From Neodothiora populina (taxonomy: Eukaryota): a stretch of 64,000 bases of DNA. Below are positions 25,709-39,445 of the stretch, in pieces. The translations under genes were made by a program, and so were the position numbers. The notes beneath the pieces are model-generated. The model did not search any database and was not told the origin of the DNA. It saw nothing but the letters and a program-made list of their open reading frames with translations. Each line of letters begins with the position of its first letter. Position 1 is the first letter of the stretch. The DNA lies in NCBI RefSeq assembly GCF_041146345.1, contig NW_027191404.1:2480001-2544000 (forward strand), in the 5' to 3' direction.

Positions 25709-28496
25709 CTATCCAAGAAGTACTGTAATGTGCATGTCAGTAATTGGTTATCGTGTCTTTTTGGACTGCCAGACTTACCTTCCCAACCCCAATCCATCAT
25801 CACACCAACCCAATGAAGGCTCCCCTTCACAGTGTACATTGGATCCATCCCACCTCTGGACATTCCACGTGAACGAGTAAAGCCCATGGATGGCTCACCT
25901 TGGCCAAAGTCACTCAGGCTTGTTCGACTGTGTTGCCTGCCCTTTGGCCAAGCAAAGTTGCCATCGCCCCTCTCAGCAGCACTGTCGTACGATTCTGCGC
26001 GACTCCCTCCTTGAGGTCTCATCATCGCAGAGCCTCGAAGATCTGCTGTCGAAACCAAAGCCCTCGCTCGAGTTGGTTGAGACTCGTAAGCGTCTCGTCT
26101 ACGCCAAACTTCTCGCGTCACATCCATGCATTTATCAATAGGCCCAATGCGCATTCTTTGCGAAAGAGCAGACCATCTGTCCTTCACCCATTTGCGATCT
26201 TCCTGAGACGTCACTTCGCACCCAGCCATCATGAGAGGATAGATATGTACAATGACAGTACGACTCGCCAGTGGAACAGTCGCAAGAAACACCAAGACCT
26301 TCTTCGCAAGTTCGGATGAAGATGGGCCTGGAATTTCTGGGAGTGCTTGATGCAAGTACAACAACTGCAAATCAGGTCAGTAGATGAGTCAAATAACATC
26401 ACAGATTGCAAACTCACGGTAGCCCAACGATAAGCCTCTGCAGTCTGGATGCTGTGCTGCACATTGCTTGTAGGATCCTCCGGTGGTTCTATAAGCTCCG
26501 GTGGATCCCATGTTTCCAGCAATAGCTTCAACTCCATGCCTTGGCTGATCATTGGTGGCGAGTTGGATCCTGATCGACATACTCTTCGGACCAAGTTCGC
26601 AACACGCCCGATCAGAGGGAACAAAGTGCTCGCACACCCCATCAACGGATCCAAACGTGCATCAATGGGCATACCGAAGTCAATGCCAAAGCCTTGATCT
26701 CCAGATACATTGTTGATCGAGTTCCGAGGATTGCTGTATAGACAGTACAGCCTGTCGTAATCATCAGATTCGTCATCGTCAACGGTCGTTATTCGGGCAA
26801 GAACATCCAAATATACCCAAGCATTGCAAAGAAACTTGAGCCGAGCGAGCTTCTCACCCGTTAATGGCATGGCTTTGTGTCGGTCTAAAGCAATGTTCAT
26901 CATCACGCGTGCACCCTTGATGTGATCATTGCCACTAGAAATGTGCTGATCCCAGCATTCTGCAAATGCCAATGCTAAAGTGGTCGCAATTGCCGTGTCG
27001 TGGTTCATGGTCCCCTCATTGATGCCGGTGGCGAGGATTTGAAGACTGGCACTCTTGTGTTCGTGGCCAACCAAACGTAATGCAGGTACATCACGCGATG
27101 AATGAAAAGCAGTCATGGCGTTGACGGCATGATAAAGTGCTGGGGATTGCTTTGCCATCGGCCATATTAATGTGCGCCATGGGTTCTCGTTCGGACCATC
27201 CTTGACCTGTACAGCGGTTAAAAAATGTGGTGGGGAGCTGCACAGCTTTGAAGTGCACATACCGATAATATACCGCAAGTCAGTCTATCGAAGCGCATGC
27301 ATAGCATCTCTTCACTGCCAGGGTGGAGCAGAGGTTGCTCATAGAGATACGTGAAAGGTCCGGGCATGGAACTAGGTGGGCTATTTGATATAGCTCCCTC
27401 CATTGATAATGGGCGAGATGCTAATCTTGATGCCCAGGCGTCGTAGTCGGGCGTGGTCGTTGGAAGGCGAGAGACGACTTCCACATCACCCGCAAAGTCC
27501 GCGTCGCCCATGTCATCCGAGAACATAGATAAAGGAAAAGAAAGGTCGGGCAGCAGGTCAAGGTCTCCCATGTCAAAGTCAAGACAGTCTGGAAGAGGCA
27601 GGTTGAGATCCGGAGTCTCTGTGGAATCACTTCCGACTCCCCCATCTACAGACTCTTCTGCCACGTTCGGTGAGTCGTCTTCCGAAGCTAAAGTTTGAGG
27701 CACTGATTCCGGGATAGATTCTAGATTCGTGTCCCGTGTGGCTTGAGGCGGAACACGAGGTTCAGGGGACGTCTGAAGACTGGGACCGTTGTCCTCCGGA
27801 GGCGTGAAGAGCTGTTGGGAGAACGAGGAAGATATATCATCATTAGGAGATGCTGAACTGGTTTTCCTTTCACGCCGGAGTAGGTTTCCGGTCGGAGGTG
27901 TTGTTTCTCGAGCATGCTCATGATCATTACCTCCAGTAGTCGGCGGCGGCGGGGATGCTGAACACACAAGGTCAATACAAACTCGAGCAAGTAGACATAC
28001 ACTATGATTATCCTCAAAGGATTTAAGAACCAAGGTCAAGACAAGACGTACCTTTCTTTCGCTTTGCTATATTGGTTGCGACATTGGTCTCTTCGAAAGG
28101 TCTCCACTTAAAATCTTTTTTGTAACCACCGCACTCTACGCTCCTTCGTTTACATTGCTGGCAAGAGGGTTTCGTTTCGTCGCACTTCAACCGCTTGGCC
28201 TTGCAAGTAATACAACCTGCGATGCATCTGATTTAGTATACCTGGATGGCATATGGAAAAACAAAAGCTTGTATATGACAGCCAGGTTTTGCATCAAGCG
28301 TACCATTACGGCTTTTTGATTGTTTGGGTTTGGATACAGCTGCGTTTTCTACGACTTTATTCGTCGCAGGCGTAGACTTCTTCTTTTTGCTCGCAGGTCG
28401 TCTCGGCTGTGATGACAAGTCCTGGGATTTGATTGGGGGCTCAGGGGAGGCACGTAAGAATACAGAAGGTGATGGTATGGTGATAGTTTCCGCCAT
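25709..28496 (-). CDS. Zn(II)2Cys6 transcription factor with Fungal_trans_2 (DUF3468-type) domain
   Basis: Exons 28496-28304, 28216-28052, 27957-27263, 27206-26418, 26364-25779 and 25722-25709. Motifs SRNG-CITCKAKRLKCDETKPSCQQC and GILS-VKDGPNENPWRTLIWP; the protein ends WEVLLG*. Confidence 0.88.
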
Positions 28497-31400
28497 AGGT
28501 GCAGCAATCTGGTGAGAGACAATGGACTTGCAGAATAGGGTTATGTTTGGAGGAATTCAGTATGGACATCACTATACCTCGATAAGATAGGGGACCTCAG
28601 GATGTAGTGACTGTCCGCCTATCTATCAATGCGGGGCATGCTATACTCTAGCGCCGGGTGTACGTAGTCTGATTGGTCACACATGGGGTTGCTATCTGAC
28701 GGTAAGCCTGACCAATGATTGTCTAACGATTGGGATTCTCGTGCGGTGTCAGCTTGCAATAAAACGTGTATGTGGGTGTTCTTAGTCTTCTGCAAGATCG
28801 CTTCCGTCTCATTATCTTTGATGTTCGCTGTCGGAACGCCCGGCTCGTCGGTGGGCGCTGTCGTACTGCGATCTCCTCTCAGCCAACATGATTGAATCGT
28901 CTTGACATTAAAATTCGCAGAACGCCCATTACAAGATGATAATCCATTACCAACTTCGCCACGTTGGCACCGATTAGCCATATTGAGCGGGAGGATGATC
29001 GATTGATAATGTGGTGTGCAATATGCTTTTCCAACGATTTCTCATGATCGGCTCCCGAGATGAATGCAAGGATACCTGATCAGGCGACATGCAAATGTTG
29101 TTCTGCGAGTCTTCAGCTGTGTTGCAATGTGAGAGGTTTCATATACTACAGTCGAAGGATGCAATGCAGGTGTGGAAGGCCTATGGAAGCGAAGGAGGGC
29201 ACATTAGTGCCAATATGAAAGGCTCGATAGATTAGTAAGAAAATCGACATTTATGCAGTCATCACCGCGATGTGACATGAAGACACAGGCCCACGTTGAG
29301 CGGTGATTTGGAAATTGTGTAACGCTCAAACAACTGATATCGCACGCCAGAGTTTTTTTATGAAGCCAAGATTCAGAGAGCATTCTGGAACGATAGTTGT
29401 GGTAAAGCCTTAAGGTAAGAACACCATGACATGAGGTAGGTGTTGCCCACCGGGCCTTCTCTCGGAGATCTGCGCCAAATCCGTACACCAAGAAGCCCAA
29501 AATTGACCCCGCACATAATGGATATACGCGTTGTCTGTCCATCATTCTCCACGCGGTGGTGCGCACTTTGGTCGGAGATCTACGTATCTAAGCGGGCGCT
29601 AGATTTCAGAGGAGATACATATTTACACTCTGGTGTGAAGGCATCTCGACTTTAGGTTTACCCAAATTGTGTCCGTAGAAAACCTCGATTGCAGACTGCA
29701 GCCATGTCGAATTCTGCCACGCGAGATGAAAACTCTAAGAGCTTCATGGGATCTCCAAAGCATATTAATTAGCATGGAGATTAATGTGATGGTCCAGGAT
29801 AACAAGAACGGAGGGAATTCGGCGAGAGCTCGTAGTATGACCAAGAGCGATAACAAGTGTGACGACCTACTGCGTGCGATATCGAGCCAATGATAATTGT
29901 GGTTAAGTCCATTTTTACGAATACGGAAGCGCCGTTTGCGGCAGCTTCGAATCCACGATGCAGAATCCGAGTCAGTGACATGACTCGACGATGCTTCATA
30001 ACACAACGTGATGGCGCAGTACGCATTGTTAGTAGATGGGAGGCGCACATGCAGTGCCTTAATAAGGTCCATAGATGTTGTGTAACGGTGGAAGAAGTAG
30101 TACTGTACATGACATACTCTAACGCTAGTAGAGAAATACACTTCGAACTGTTAATCCAATGGACTTATTTGCCTCTGGTCTTCCGGTAGCTTCCCTGTCT
30201 CTGTTACGCCCATCCGGTTATAATGTGATGTCGGGCTCCCATTCCCAGCGCGAAATTGAAATGCTGTACGGGTGGGAGCTGAATGCAGGCCAATCTAACC
30301 ATACACCAATATTCACATTAGAGTTGGAGGAGTACTGTAAATACTGTTGTGCGGAAACAGAGTGAACCAGGAGTTGCCGACATTGGATTATTACCTCAGC
30401 CTTTGCTGGTACTGCAACTCGTTTGACATATGGATGAGGCCATCCGTGATTTTTGGAATTATCACTTCACATCGCTGCGTTCAAAAGGCAGCCATATATC
30501 CAATTGTACCACGTTGCACTACAATGCTGCGTCGCTCTCACGATACTGGCATACAGTGTACTGTACAACAAGATACCTTACAGTGGGTGTTCAGTAAAGC
30601 GCTGCATGATAAATCGCAGTGCTACAGGTATTGGAAGTCCTACTACAAGATGCAGTACTGTACCTTCCCCCCACGTATACAATACGCGTGATGACGTGAA
30701 GTCACTGCACTAGGACGGTGTCAATCTCGCGAAACGGGGACTACCGTTGCTAGCCTCTCTAGCCCTGGGTGCTTGCTGGAAGAAACCTACATCATTGGCA
30801 GCAGTATTATTTTATTGTATTGTTGTATACCTTGTCGCGATCAGAACCGTGCCAAGATAGCACTGACAACCCACATGATTTGCTCCGAAGGATTGGGTGG
30901 AAACGTCGAATGGACATCAATGTGGCGTCGTTCGTCAGTGCTATGATCTCCATTTGTTGCAAATGCGACGAATAATCTCTCGATTACTTTATTGGTTCCC
31001 CTAGTCCACAGGCAGTAAGGGTCGCGCTTGTACAGAAAACGACATTGATTCGGCAGTTGCGAAGTCCTTGAATCCTTGGTTCGACATGTGCAGCTCCAAA
31101 GATGAAGTGCTATTAACATTTAGGCTTTTGCGAGACTCCATGTGCCGACCACGATACGTTTGGTGGATGATGAGAATCCGGGAAGTTACCTCGGCCAGTC
31201 AAGTCCAGTCTCTGGTCTGAAGAGCCTAAAACGCTGTGTTCATCGTTGGTCCGGGCACTCATTAGTGTCTTCTTCCATCGTGGTGATGCCATTTGTCTTG
31301 CGCTAAACATCGGCCCCATGCAAGGATGTTGCGCCGCACAGCATGGTCGACAGCGCCTCTTGTACTTTGCCACCCAGTAATCAATTTGAACCAACTTTTC

Positions 31401-31913
31401 AACGTGGTAATGGAGTGGATCATTTTCTGCATCTGGTAGGAGACAGTGATGACCTTGCCAACAAGGTAACCCCGGGTTTATGCTCGTAGGCGAAGGGGTT
31501 CATGACTAGAGGCTCTGCATTTCTGTACCTTTCTCTCTTTTCTTGGACATACTATTATCGTCCACTTCCTCTCTTGCATTCAAATCTATTCTCCTTTGGT
31601 GCGACATTGGCACTTACTCTCGTTTCTTATTTCTTATATCTTGCAAGAAGTCACTTGTTCACGTCGCCTCTTTTGGACTTGCAGAGGTGTCTAGACATCC
31701 ACTTCATTGGTCCTGCATTGTCTAGCGCATTCGCCTATCAACCTCATTTCTTGCGATTGCGGCTCTCCGACTTGATCTGTCATTCATACTTGCTCCGAGA
31801 GATCCTATATGATAATGCCATGCTTGTGAAGAGTCCACTTATCGTGAAACCATTGCAATTCGCGCCCACTTGAGGGACTTCACTCAATCTACCTGGGCCT
31901 ACGTCCCATCGAG

Positions 31914-33338
31914 ATGTCAGGTTTTGCGCTACATCACATGCCACCAGCCTCTGGACTACCGAGTTTTTCTTCGTCATTGAATTCATCGGGGCAAGGAGGA
32001 CGCATGACCCCGATATTGCCTCACGAAAGTGGGATAACCGGGAAGAGGAGGAAAATATCAAAGGCCAAAGTCAGCCCCATTCTCAAGCGCGCAGTATCTA
32101 CGCCCCACATGAGCGGCCTTAGTGACCAAGATACTCCTGGACTGTCACCGTCAGCGCTCGACAAGAGACGAAACAAGCTCGGCTATCAGAGGATATCGAT
32201 CGCATGTGGTAAGTGAATGCCTATCGAGCTGTCGCACTGGCTACGCAAGGATACAGTGATTGATATGACACAGGTCATTGTCGGCGAAGGAAGATCCGAT
32301 GTGTCCTCGCAGAACAAGATGACATGGGACGATGTCAGAACTGCATAAGGCTCAAAAAGGAATGCGTGTTCTACCCCGTCGATTCAACTGGAGGCACGGA
32401 AAGCCGTGCGCAACACAAAGCAGGATCGGGCTCCAAGGCCTCCTCTATTATGTCTGATTCACCTTCAGAACGCAAATTTGGCGCATTGATAGACGGCGAG
32501 CGAGATATCGGACGCTCGTTTCCACCTTTAGCGTCTAACGCACCTCGGGACCTCTCATCGACAAGCTCAGGAAGTGGTCTAGGAATATCGACCGGTTTGA
32601 GCATCGCAATGTTGCACAACGTGATCACTTTGCTAATACCTTGCAGCGTCTATGAATTCACAGGAATATGCATATGAGCACAGCGATGGCGCACGCGACG
32701 GCATATATTCAGGCATTTCCTCGCACGCCGATTCAGCAAATTCAGATGCCTCCACCACTGCTTCATGGAGATTGCAAGACTCACCACGCGTTCATGAATT
32801 TCCGGCGTTTTCCCCATCAGAGGCACATTCCAGCGGTTTCCCGAATTACTCATATGCTGCAACCAGAGGAGAGTACGCCATGCAGCCACCGATGCGGTCA
32901 ATATCATATGGAAATATCGAGCCGGCTCTCAATCACTTCCAACAGCCGTCGACATCAGCATCGATGGGATACAGTCGACACGAACCGACACCACAATACC
33001 CTTTGACACCAACAAATCTCCACCATGCACAGGCGACGAACTCCGCGCTCGATCCAGTCATTGCGCCCATGGCTCCAGATGGTATGCCACAGTACGGAAT
33101 ATACCCACAACAGCAACCATGGCAGTATGTGCCTCAAGTTTCGCAGCCGGGAGGTCTGGATTACGCCAGACACGACTCTGTCAACATGCAGTGGTACCCC
33201 CATCAATTACCTCAAGGAATAGAGCAGCAAGGGCGGCCAGTACAGTTTCAGCAACACCCGCAACAATGGCAACAACATAGAAATGGCTTGATGCCACCCC
33301 CAGACCCTGGCTACAGCAAGGGACACAGCCCAGTTTAA
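31914..33338 (+). CDS. Zn(II)2Cys6 transcription factor with a Q/P-rich C-terminus
   Basis: Exons 31914-32208, 32274-32594 and 32647-33338. The spliced zinc cluster reads KRRNKLGYQRISIACG-HCRRRKIRC...RCQNCIRLKKEC. Confidence 0.87.
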
Positions 33339-35499
33339 GACCCCACCGTAATACCCGCAAGGAGCTGGTCACACGACCGGCTGCTGCTATCAGAATGCAA
33401 TTTCTTTTTCATCACGAACACACCGAGGCAAAAGCGTGCAGGCGTTCGGGGGAGGGTATGTGAGGGCATGCATGTGTGAGATATTACAGGCAGCGAACCA
33501 GGGATTCGGCTGCTACCAGGAGTTTTGGTGCATATAGATGAGATCTAGGGTATACATTAAGAAGGTCTCTATCTTGTTTTTGGCTATATGCTTGCTTTGC
33601 AATGAACACGGTATTCACGGAAGCCGTATCTACAACAACTACTCCATCATTCTCACTGTGCGAATCTCAGCCTGTTGACTAGCAATACGGCTATCTTGGA
33701 ATGCGCAAGTGCATTCATATGCGTTCTCTCGCTTGCTGCGCACAAAATCATCCAGTGCGAAGCCTTTTTTTGTGGTTATCAGACGATCATTGACCGTGTG
33801 CGGATTATCGTTTCACAAGCTGGCGTCGTCCATGACGGACATGGCTAGACGGGGCCCACAAGACGTCGCCTCCAAGCACTGACGATCTGGGGATTGAAAC
33901 GAACGCCACAGTGTAACTCCAGATCCACAAACGCGCGTAAACAGCCATGCCCTGTGGGTCACTGACACAGCGTGCGCCGTTGGGCACCTCCCATGGTTCT
34001 GTGTAGGCCCAGTCCAGAGTCATGTCGAGGCCGTGATTGGCTCGGAGCGTGAGTCGTCACAGATATGTAAACGAAAGGGGAGGGGGCGTCTGAATCGCTT
34101 GTCAATTGCCCTGCCCAGCGAGCTGGGTGGAGTATTTTACTCTCTTCCTTCTCGTTATCACCGAAGAAGTACGTGCATTTCGCGTTCTTGAGTCGAAGAA
34201 GATCCGGAACATGCGACTACCGGATATGGCTAGCTGACATCTCGTTCCTACTGCGAAAAGCACGTATCGTGCTTCAGGGACTCCGTCGGGCTCTGTCATC
34301 GGCACTTACTGCTCGTGGTAGCGCGTGTACCTGCTCGTTTGTCGGTTACAACGATCCCCCCCCCCAAAAAAATCCACCCCAAGCGATGGTCGCGACACTC
34401 TTCGCAGCTGTCATTGGCTGGATTTCGCATTTCGTAGCTCCAGAATCAACCACGAGAGCCTCAAAAGTGGGGCGTGGGGCCTTTTTTTTTTCGCCTCTAG
34501 TCGTCGAGCAGCAGCCAAGAAAAGACAGAAACCAAGTCGGTGATTCCGGTCACGACGTGATCGCTATTAACAGCACACGAGTATCACTGGGACCGACGGA
34601 CGATTGACCACCATCTGGAACCTGCCCCTTAGGTGGTGAGGGACCCCTAAGCTGCTCGACACCGCCGCTTCGGCTGCTGACGATCCGCCGTTAAAAATCA
34701 AGGCTATCCTGCTAAGCAAGGTCAATATACTGGACCTCACACATGCTGTCGGAAAACATCACCCTCGAATCCCATGCCCATCTCGCCCTGTGACGAACAT
34801 GCAATTAAAAACAGTCAACGTCAAATGGAGGCTTACGCATGATGTGCGCCTGATGCGCCCCCGAACATCCCATCATGATTGTCAACTAGCAATCTAATAT
34901 TGACGGTCATACCACCGACTCGACCAGTAACCGACGAAGCGACCAGAATGACTTAATAATAATAACAATAATAATACGACATGCAGTAGTGAAGTATTGC
35001 TTGTTAGCTGTTATCTGCAGCGCGATAGAATATCACGGACACGAGCCACACGCATTCTTTACATAGAAAAGCTCGCAGTAATCGCATGTCTGTATTTTAC
35101 ACTAATATGGTCTAATGATACACAGATTTGCTTTCCTTACAGGAGGATTTCTGGAACAGAGGAGCCTCATCCGAAGCTTGTTGTCTGTTATAAGTGCCGG
35201 ATCCGACATGTCCAGTACTGTGCAACCTCGACGACGACGACATTGTCTAGCGAGATAAGGTCTTCAGAGCGACTCCACTTCCATCGGTGGCTTGCCCAAG
35301 GTAAGGTAGCTTGCTTGAGGTACAAGTATCGGTTGTTGCAGTGCTACTGCACTTGAGCCTCGCGGCTCCGCCATGCTGCATCGCACCTTGTTATATCCGA
35401 GTTACATCTGCGTCTTGTGATGACCGCAGACATAGGAACACAAGCGCTGCTTTGAGCCCTTATATTGCATATACTTTGCCACGAAAAGCTTCTCTCTAC

Positions 35500-36000
35500 A
35501 ATGACTTATTCACAAACAAGACTTCTAGTCCCTGTGGATGCGGGTACTTGTCCAATAGCTAGCCTCTAGTGACCATTCACAGACGACAGATCAGGTTCTT
35601 GTGGATGCGGGTAAAGTAAGGTAGGTTTCCAACAGCATAAGGTGGTACGTCAGCGATAGCTATGTGCCTGACCTTGCCCACCAAAGCTCGCTAGAGCAGC
35701 TAAGGAGGTATCCCAGTAGTACTGTATGTGCCCTGTAATCACAAAGCTAAGTAAGGTGAGGTAGGGAATAGGTAGGGATGAACCATCACATGGGTCATCT
35801 AGCCCAGCAGTAATCCATGGTCATGGTGACGTTCTGGCCCATGTGATGGCCACCTGGTACCATTCAGGATCAAGTAGACTTGGTCACACATGACGTTGCG
35901 ATAAATGGGTACAATGAGTAAACTTGGCGTAACAGCTTCCCCTCTATTCTGTATTTATATGCTAAGCTGCTCCTTGATGTTATTGATCATTCACAATCCA
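35500..36000 (+). promoter_or_regulatory. HSP12 promoter with CRE-like (TGACGT/ACGTCA) sites and a TATA-like element
   Basis: ACGTCA at ~35647, TGACGT at ~35828 and ~35891, and TATTTATA at ~35952, about 110 nt upstream of the ATG. ATF/CRE control of small stress genes is established in fungi; binding here is inferred. Confidence 0.5.
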
Positions 36001-36061
36001 TCCTTGAAGCAAAAACACCACTACACTTCGAAAACTTTACCAAATCACTCAAACTATCAAT

Positions 36062-36432
36062 ATGTCTGATCTCGGGTATGTTTGCCACTAGCAGTACATG
36101 GACATCCTCAAGTTTAATGTAGTCTACAGCCGCAAAGGATTTGGTGACAAGGTCTCCGACTCCATCACCCCCGACTCCCAGAAGTCCACCTTGGACCAGG
36201 CCAAGGACACCGCCACGGGCGCCTACGACAAGGCTGCCGGTGCCGTGCAGCCCGAGGAGTCCAAGTCGACCACCCAGAAGGCCGGCGACTCGCTCTCATC
36301 CGGCAAGGACGACGCCAAGGGCGAGAGCAAGAGCTTCATGGACTCTGCCAAGGACACTCTTGGAATGAGTATGTCTTTCTTTCGCAACCATTAGAAAAGG
36401 AAATGTACTGACCCCGTGGTGTTGCAGAGTAA
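36062..36432 (+). CDS. HSP12: Heat-shock protein 9/12 (LEA-like)
   Basis: Exons 36062-36075, 36130-36368 and 36428-36432 give MSDLG-RKGFGDKVSDSITPDSQKSTLDQAKD...LGMK*. Confidence 0.92.
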
Positions 36433-37254
36433 ACTGCATGAAACAAAGCGAAACTTGCGCCCTTGAGAGATCTTGCTTGATGATACCACTTCCTGCATTT
36501 TCGAGAAACATAATTGATTCAGGCGACTTCTACCAATCCCATTGGCTGAAATTTGGAAACAACGATCATTGACAGACTCGATCTTCTCTTACGATGTTTA
36601 CGAAACGAACTTCTGAGTATACCTACGTGGTTACTCTAAATGAAATAAACATACCAATTTCCATCTCTACCCATCTCTACCAGTCGAGTTCACATGCTGT
36701 TGTTTTGCTGAAATGATTATACGACGTGACGAATAGTTGGCACTCATGACATAGTCGATATTAACGACCATGATCAAAAGTTGTTGAAAGCTGTTGCCTG
36801 GTCAGGTACGGTGACCAAGTCTAGAGGTATCAAACCTGATGTTCTGAAGTTAGACCATTTGTATCTCCACAAGCGAGCTGTGACGTCAGAATATGTTTAG
36901 ACGATTATCGTGATGCAAACCAGTGCAAACTTCCTTACGAGTGCCTCCCCCGTGAAGTACAGCAAGGGCGACTTCCACCAGATATAGATTCATACCAATG
37001 CTAGAACGTTGTATCGCGATCACGAAGAACAGAGAATTGTCCATCAGAAACGCAAACCTATATTACCTTAATTAACCGACCATGCCAACCTAACGGCTGT
37101 TCACCGAACCTGCTACAACAAACACTCCTCTGCCATCCATCGAGATAAAGCAATCATCCTAATTTAGCATCTCTGTCCCACCCATGCAGGCGCAAAAGTA
37201 ACCGCAACCGATCCTCCAACCAGCAAGAACAACGTAGCACCAATTAGTAAAAAA

Positions 37255-38163
37255 ATGCCCAAAGAACGCAGCATAAACCCCGCGCAAGCGCAACGCAAGC
37301 TCGAAAAGACAAAAGCGTTAAAAAAATCCAAAGCCGAGCAGCGCACACGCAACAACGAGAAACTCGCCCGACGCAACCCAGAGCGGCTCCAGAAACAAAT
37401 CGACGAGCTCAGAGAGCTAGAAAAAGCGACTGGCTCGCTGCGGCCAAAGGATAAACAGACGCTTGAGCAGCTGGAAAAGGATGTCAAGGCTGTGCGGAGG
37501 GCGCGGGAGGCGATGGGGGACGAGGCGCCCGTGTTCAAGCGGCGGTGGAACGAGGATGGGGATAGGAATGAGAATGGGGGGAGTTTAGGGAAGAGGAGGA
37601 GGGACCACAGAGATGCGTACAAGCAGGAAGACAGCGATGTGACGGATGAAGATGTCAGGAATATCCCCATGCCGAGGGATACGCCGCCGCCGATCCCCCG
37701 ACGAGAGAGAGCGCGGAATAATTTCAACCCCAACGGACCCGACATCTCGCGCCGACAACATGACGCCAACTCCCCTGCGGCGGCAGCTGCACCACTCGCA
37801 CGGTCCAAAACAGTCTACAGCTCGGCGCCCGTCCTGCGCGATCTGGCGCAAGAATCCAAACGCTTCGTGCCGTCAGCGGTGGCGCAGAAGCTGGCGCGGA
37901 CAAAAGGAGGCGAGGTGGGGAGTGGTAGACTTCTGGAGCCGGAGGAGTTGGATAACTTGGAGAAGGCGGGATATGGGGATGCTGAGAAAGCGGTGGACGA
38001 GGCGGAGAAGGAGGCCGGATTTAAGATGATGAATGCCCAGGTTCTTGCTCAAGAGGCCCAGGGGGAGGATGCCGATGATTTTGATATTGATGCTGAAGCG
38101 AGGCGGTTCGAAAAAGAGCTGAAGAATGTGGAGATGGAGGAGGTGGCGGATGAAGATCTATGA
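37255..38163 (+). CDS. WBP11: WW-domain-binding protein 11 (Wbp11/Saf1-like splicing factor)
   Basis: The N-terminal Wbp11 domain reads MPKERSINPAQAQRKLEKTKALKKSK...RNPERLQKQIDEL, followed by IPMPRDTPPP and TVYSSAPVLRDL. Confidence 0.8.
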   Translation: MPKERSINPAQAQRKLEKTKALKKSKAEQRTRNNEKLARRNPERLQKQIDELRELEKATGSLRPKDKQTLEQLEKDVKAVRRAREAMGDEAPVFKRRWNEDGDRNENGGSLGKRRRDHRDAYKQEDSDVTDEDVRNIPMPRDTPPPIPRRERARNNFNPNGPDISRRQHDANSPAAAAAPLARSKTVYSSAPVLRDLAQESKRFVPSAVAQKLARTKGGEVGSGRLLEPEELDNLEKAGYGDAEKAVDEAEKEAGFKMMNAQVLAQEAQGEDADDFDIDAEARRFEKELKNVEMEEVADEDL

Positions 38164-38423
38164 GAGTGGGACGGACTCTTGCAACACACACAGGTATAAT
38201 GAGGCACGACAGCAATAATTCGAAAAGGGATCTTCGTGATCCATTTCTCAATGTATGCGAGCTTCTAATGCACACTGTCGCTCAAAGAGCTGATTACCTC
38301 GACATTGCACAAGACGACTGTGACCGGACTATGTCCATTGGAAGCCACGTGCTGCCGCATGCGAGACGAGACGAATCTCAAGCATTTGGGTCTAGCAGCA
38401 ATGACTGAACAAGCAAGAGAGCT

Positions 38424-39445
38424 TTACATGTTCTCGTGGAAGAAGTCGAGGAGGATGCCGTAGGCCTTCTCATACTGCTTCTTCACATGCTCGTCCGAGA
38501 GATCGCCACGAGCAGCCATGAATCCATGGACCTGGTCGTCGAACCATGTGACAGTGTTCTTGGTCTGCGACATGCACTCGTCAGTAAAGCGTTATGTCAA
38601 AGCACTCGAAAATACAATCAATCCTCACCTTGATGCCCTCCTGCCATTTCTTCACAGCGTCCTTGTCCTCATCCTTGGAAGGAATCATGCAGTAGGGGAT
38701 AGTCACTCCAGGCGCATCGCTGGGGTCGACCATGGCAGGATGACAAGCAGCGGCAGCCTTGAACTTAGTGCCAGACTGAGAGGACAAGTTGACGACCTTG
38801 CCTCCCCAGCAGAAGCCGACGACGCCCCACTCCTTGATGCTGGAGTACTTGGTGGCGATCTCATCGACGACCTTGGGAACGCGAGCGACGGTCTTTGGGG
38901 GAGCGCCGGTGGTGCTGAAGAACTCGCCGAGCTTCTCGCCCTTCTCCTTGGTGTCTGGGGGGTACCAGTCGATTGGGACAGGCTTGCCCTCGAAGAAGTC
39001 TGCGAGCGAGAATCAGAATCTGCCACTTTCTCACGCCACTGGTGAGAGTCCTTAGCTGAATAAGGTACTACATACCCGGCATGTATACCTGGTATTGATG
39101 CTCCTTGTCGGAATGAGCGAGGATATCGGCTCCCTGCAGAGTCTGAGGGAAGAAACCAAAGATGTCATAGATGACCAACAAGGCACTCTTGGCATCGGAC
39201 GGGCCAGTTCTGTATGTCTTCATACCATCAATAGTGATCCATTCGCCCTTCTCCTTGTATCCCTTGGACACAACCGGAGGCACGGTGCAGCAGGCGTGGG
39301 ATTGAGCCATGTTGGATCTAATGCGGATCTGACGGGTTGGCACTGAGAGTCTGAATGGGAACCTTTGATGGGCTGCACTACGTGCTGTCTTGGATGCGGG
39401 AGATAGAGATCTGAAGCACACCGAAGACGGTATGGGAAGATGCAT
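38424..39445 (-). CDS. Dienelactone hydrolase family protein (AIM2-like) with an optional N-terminal presequence
   Basis: Exons 39445 (or 39310)-39076, 38999-38629 and 38564-38424. Motifs ACC..PP, YDIFG, MPDFF, nucleophile GFCWG and QVHGF. Confidence 0.9.

Noticed and set aside
29885..29965. tRNA-like fragments (TGGTTAAG ... TTCGAATCC)
   Set aside because: The T-arm flanks (GCAGC/CCACG) do not pair and no acceptor stem or cloverleaf can be built.
31502..31873. 123-aa hydrophobic ORF upstream of the third TF
   Set aside because: Its composition is explained by pyrimidine-rich promoter/5' UTR sequence, and it has no recognisable motif.
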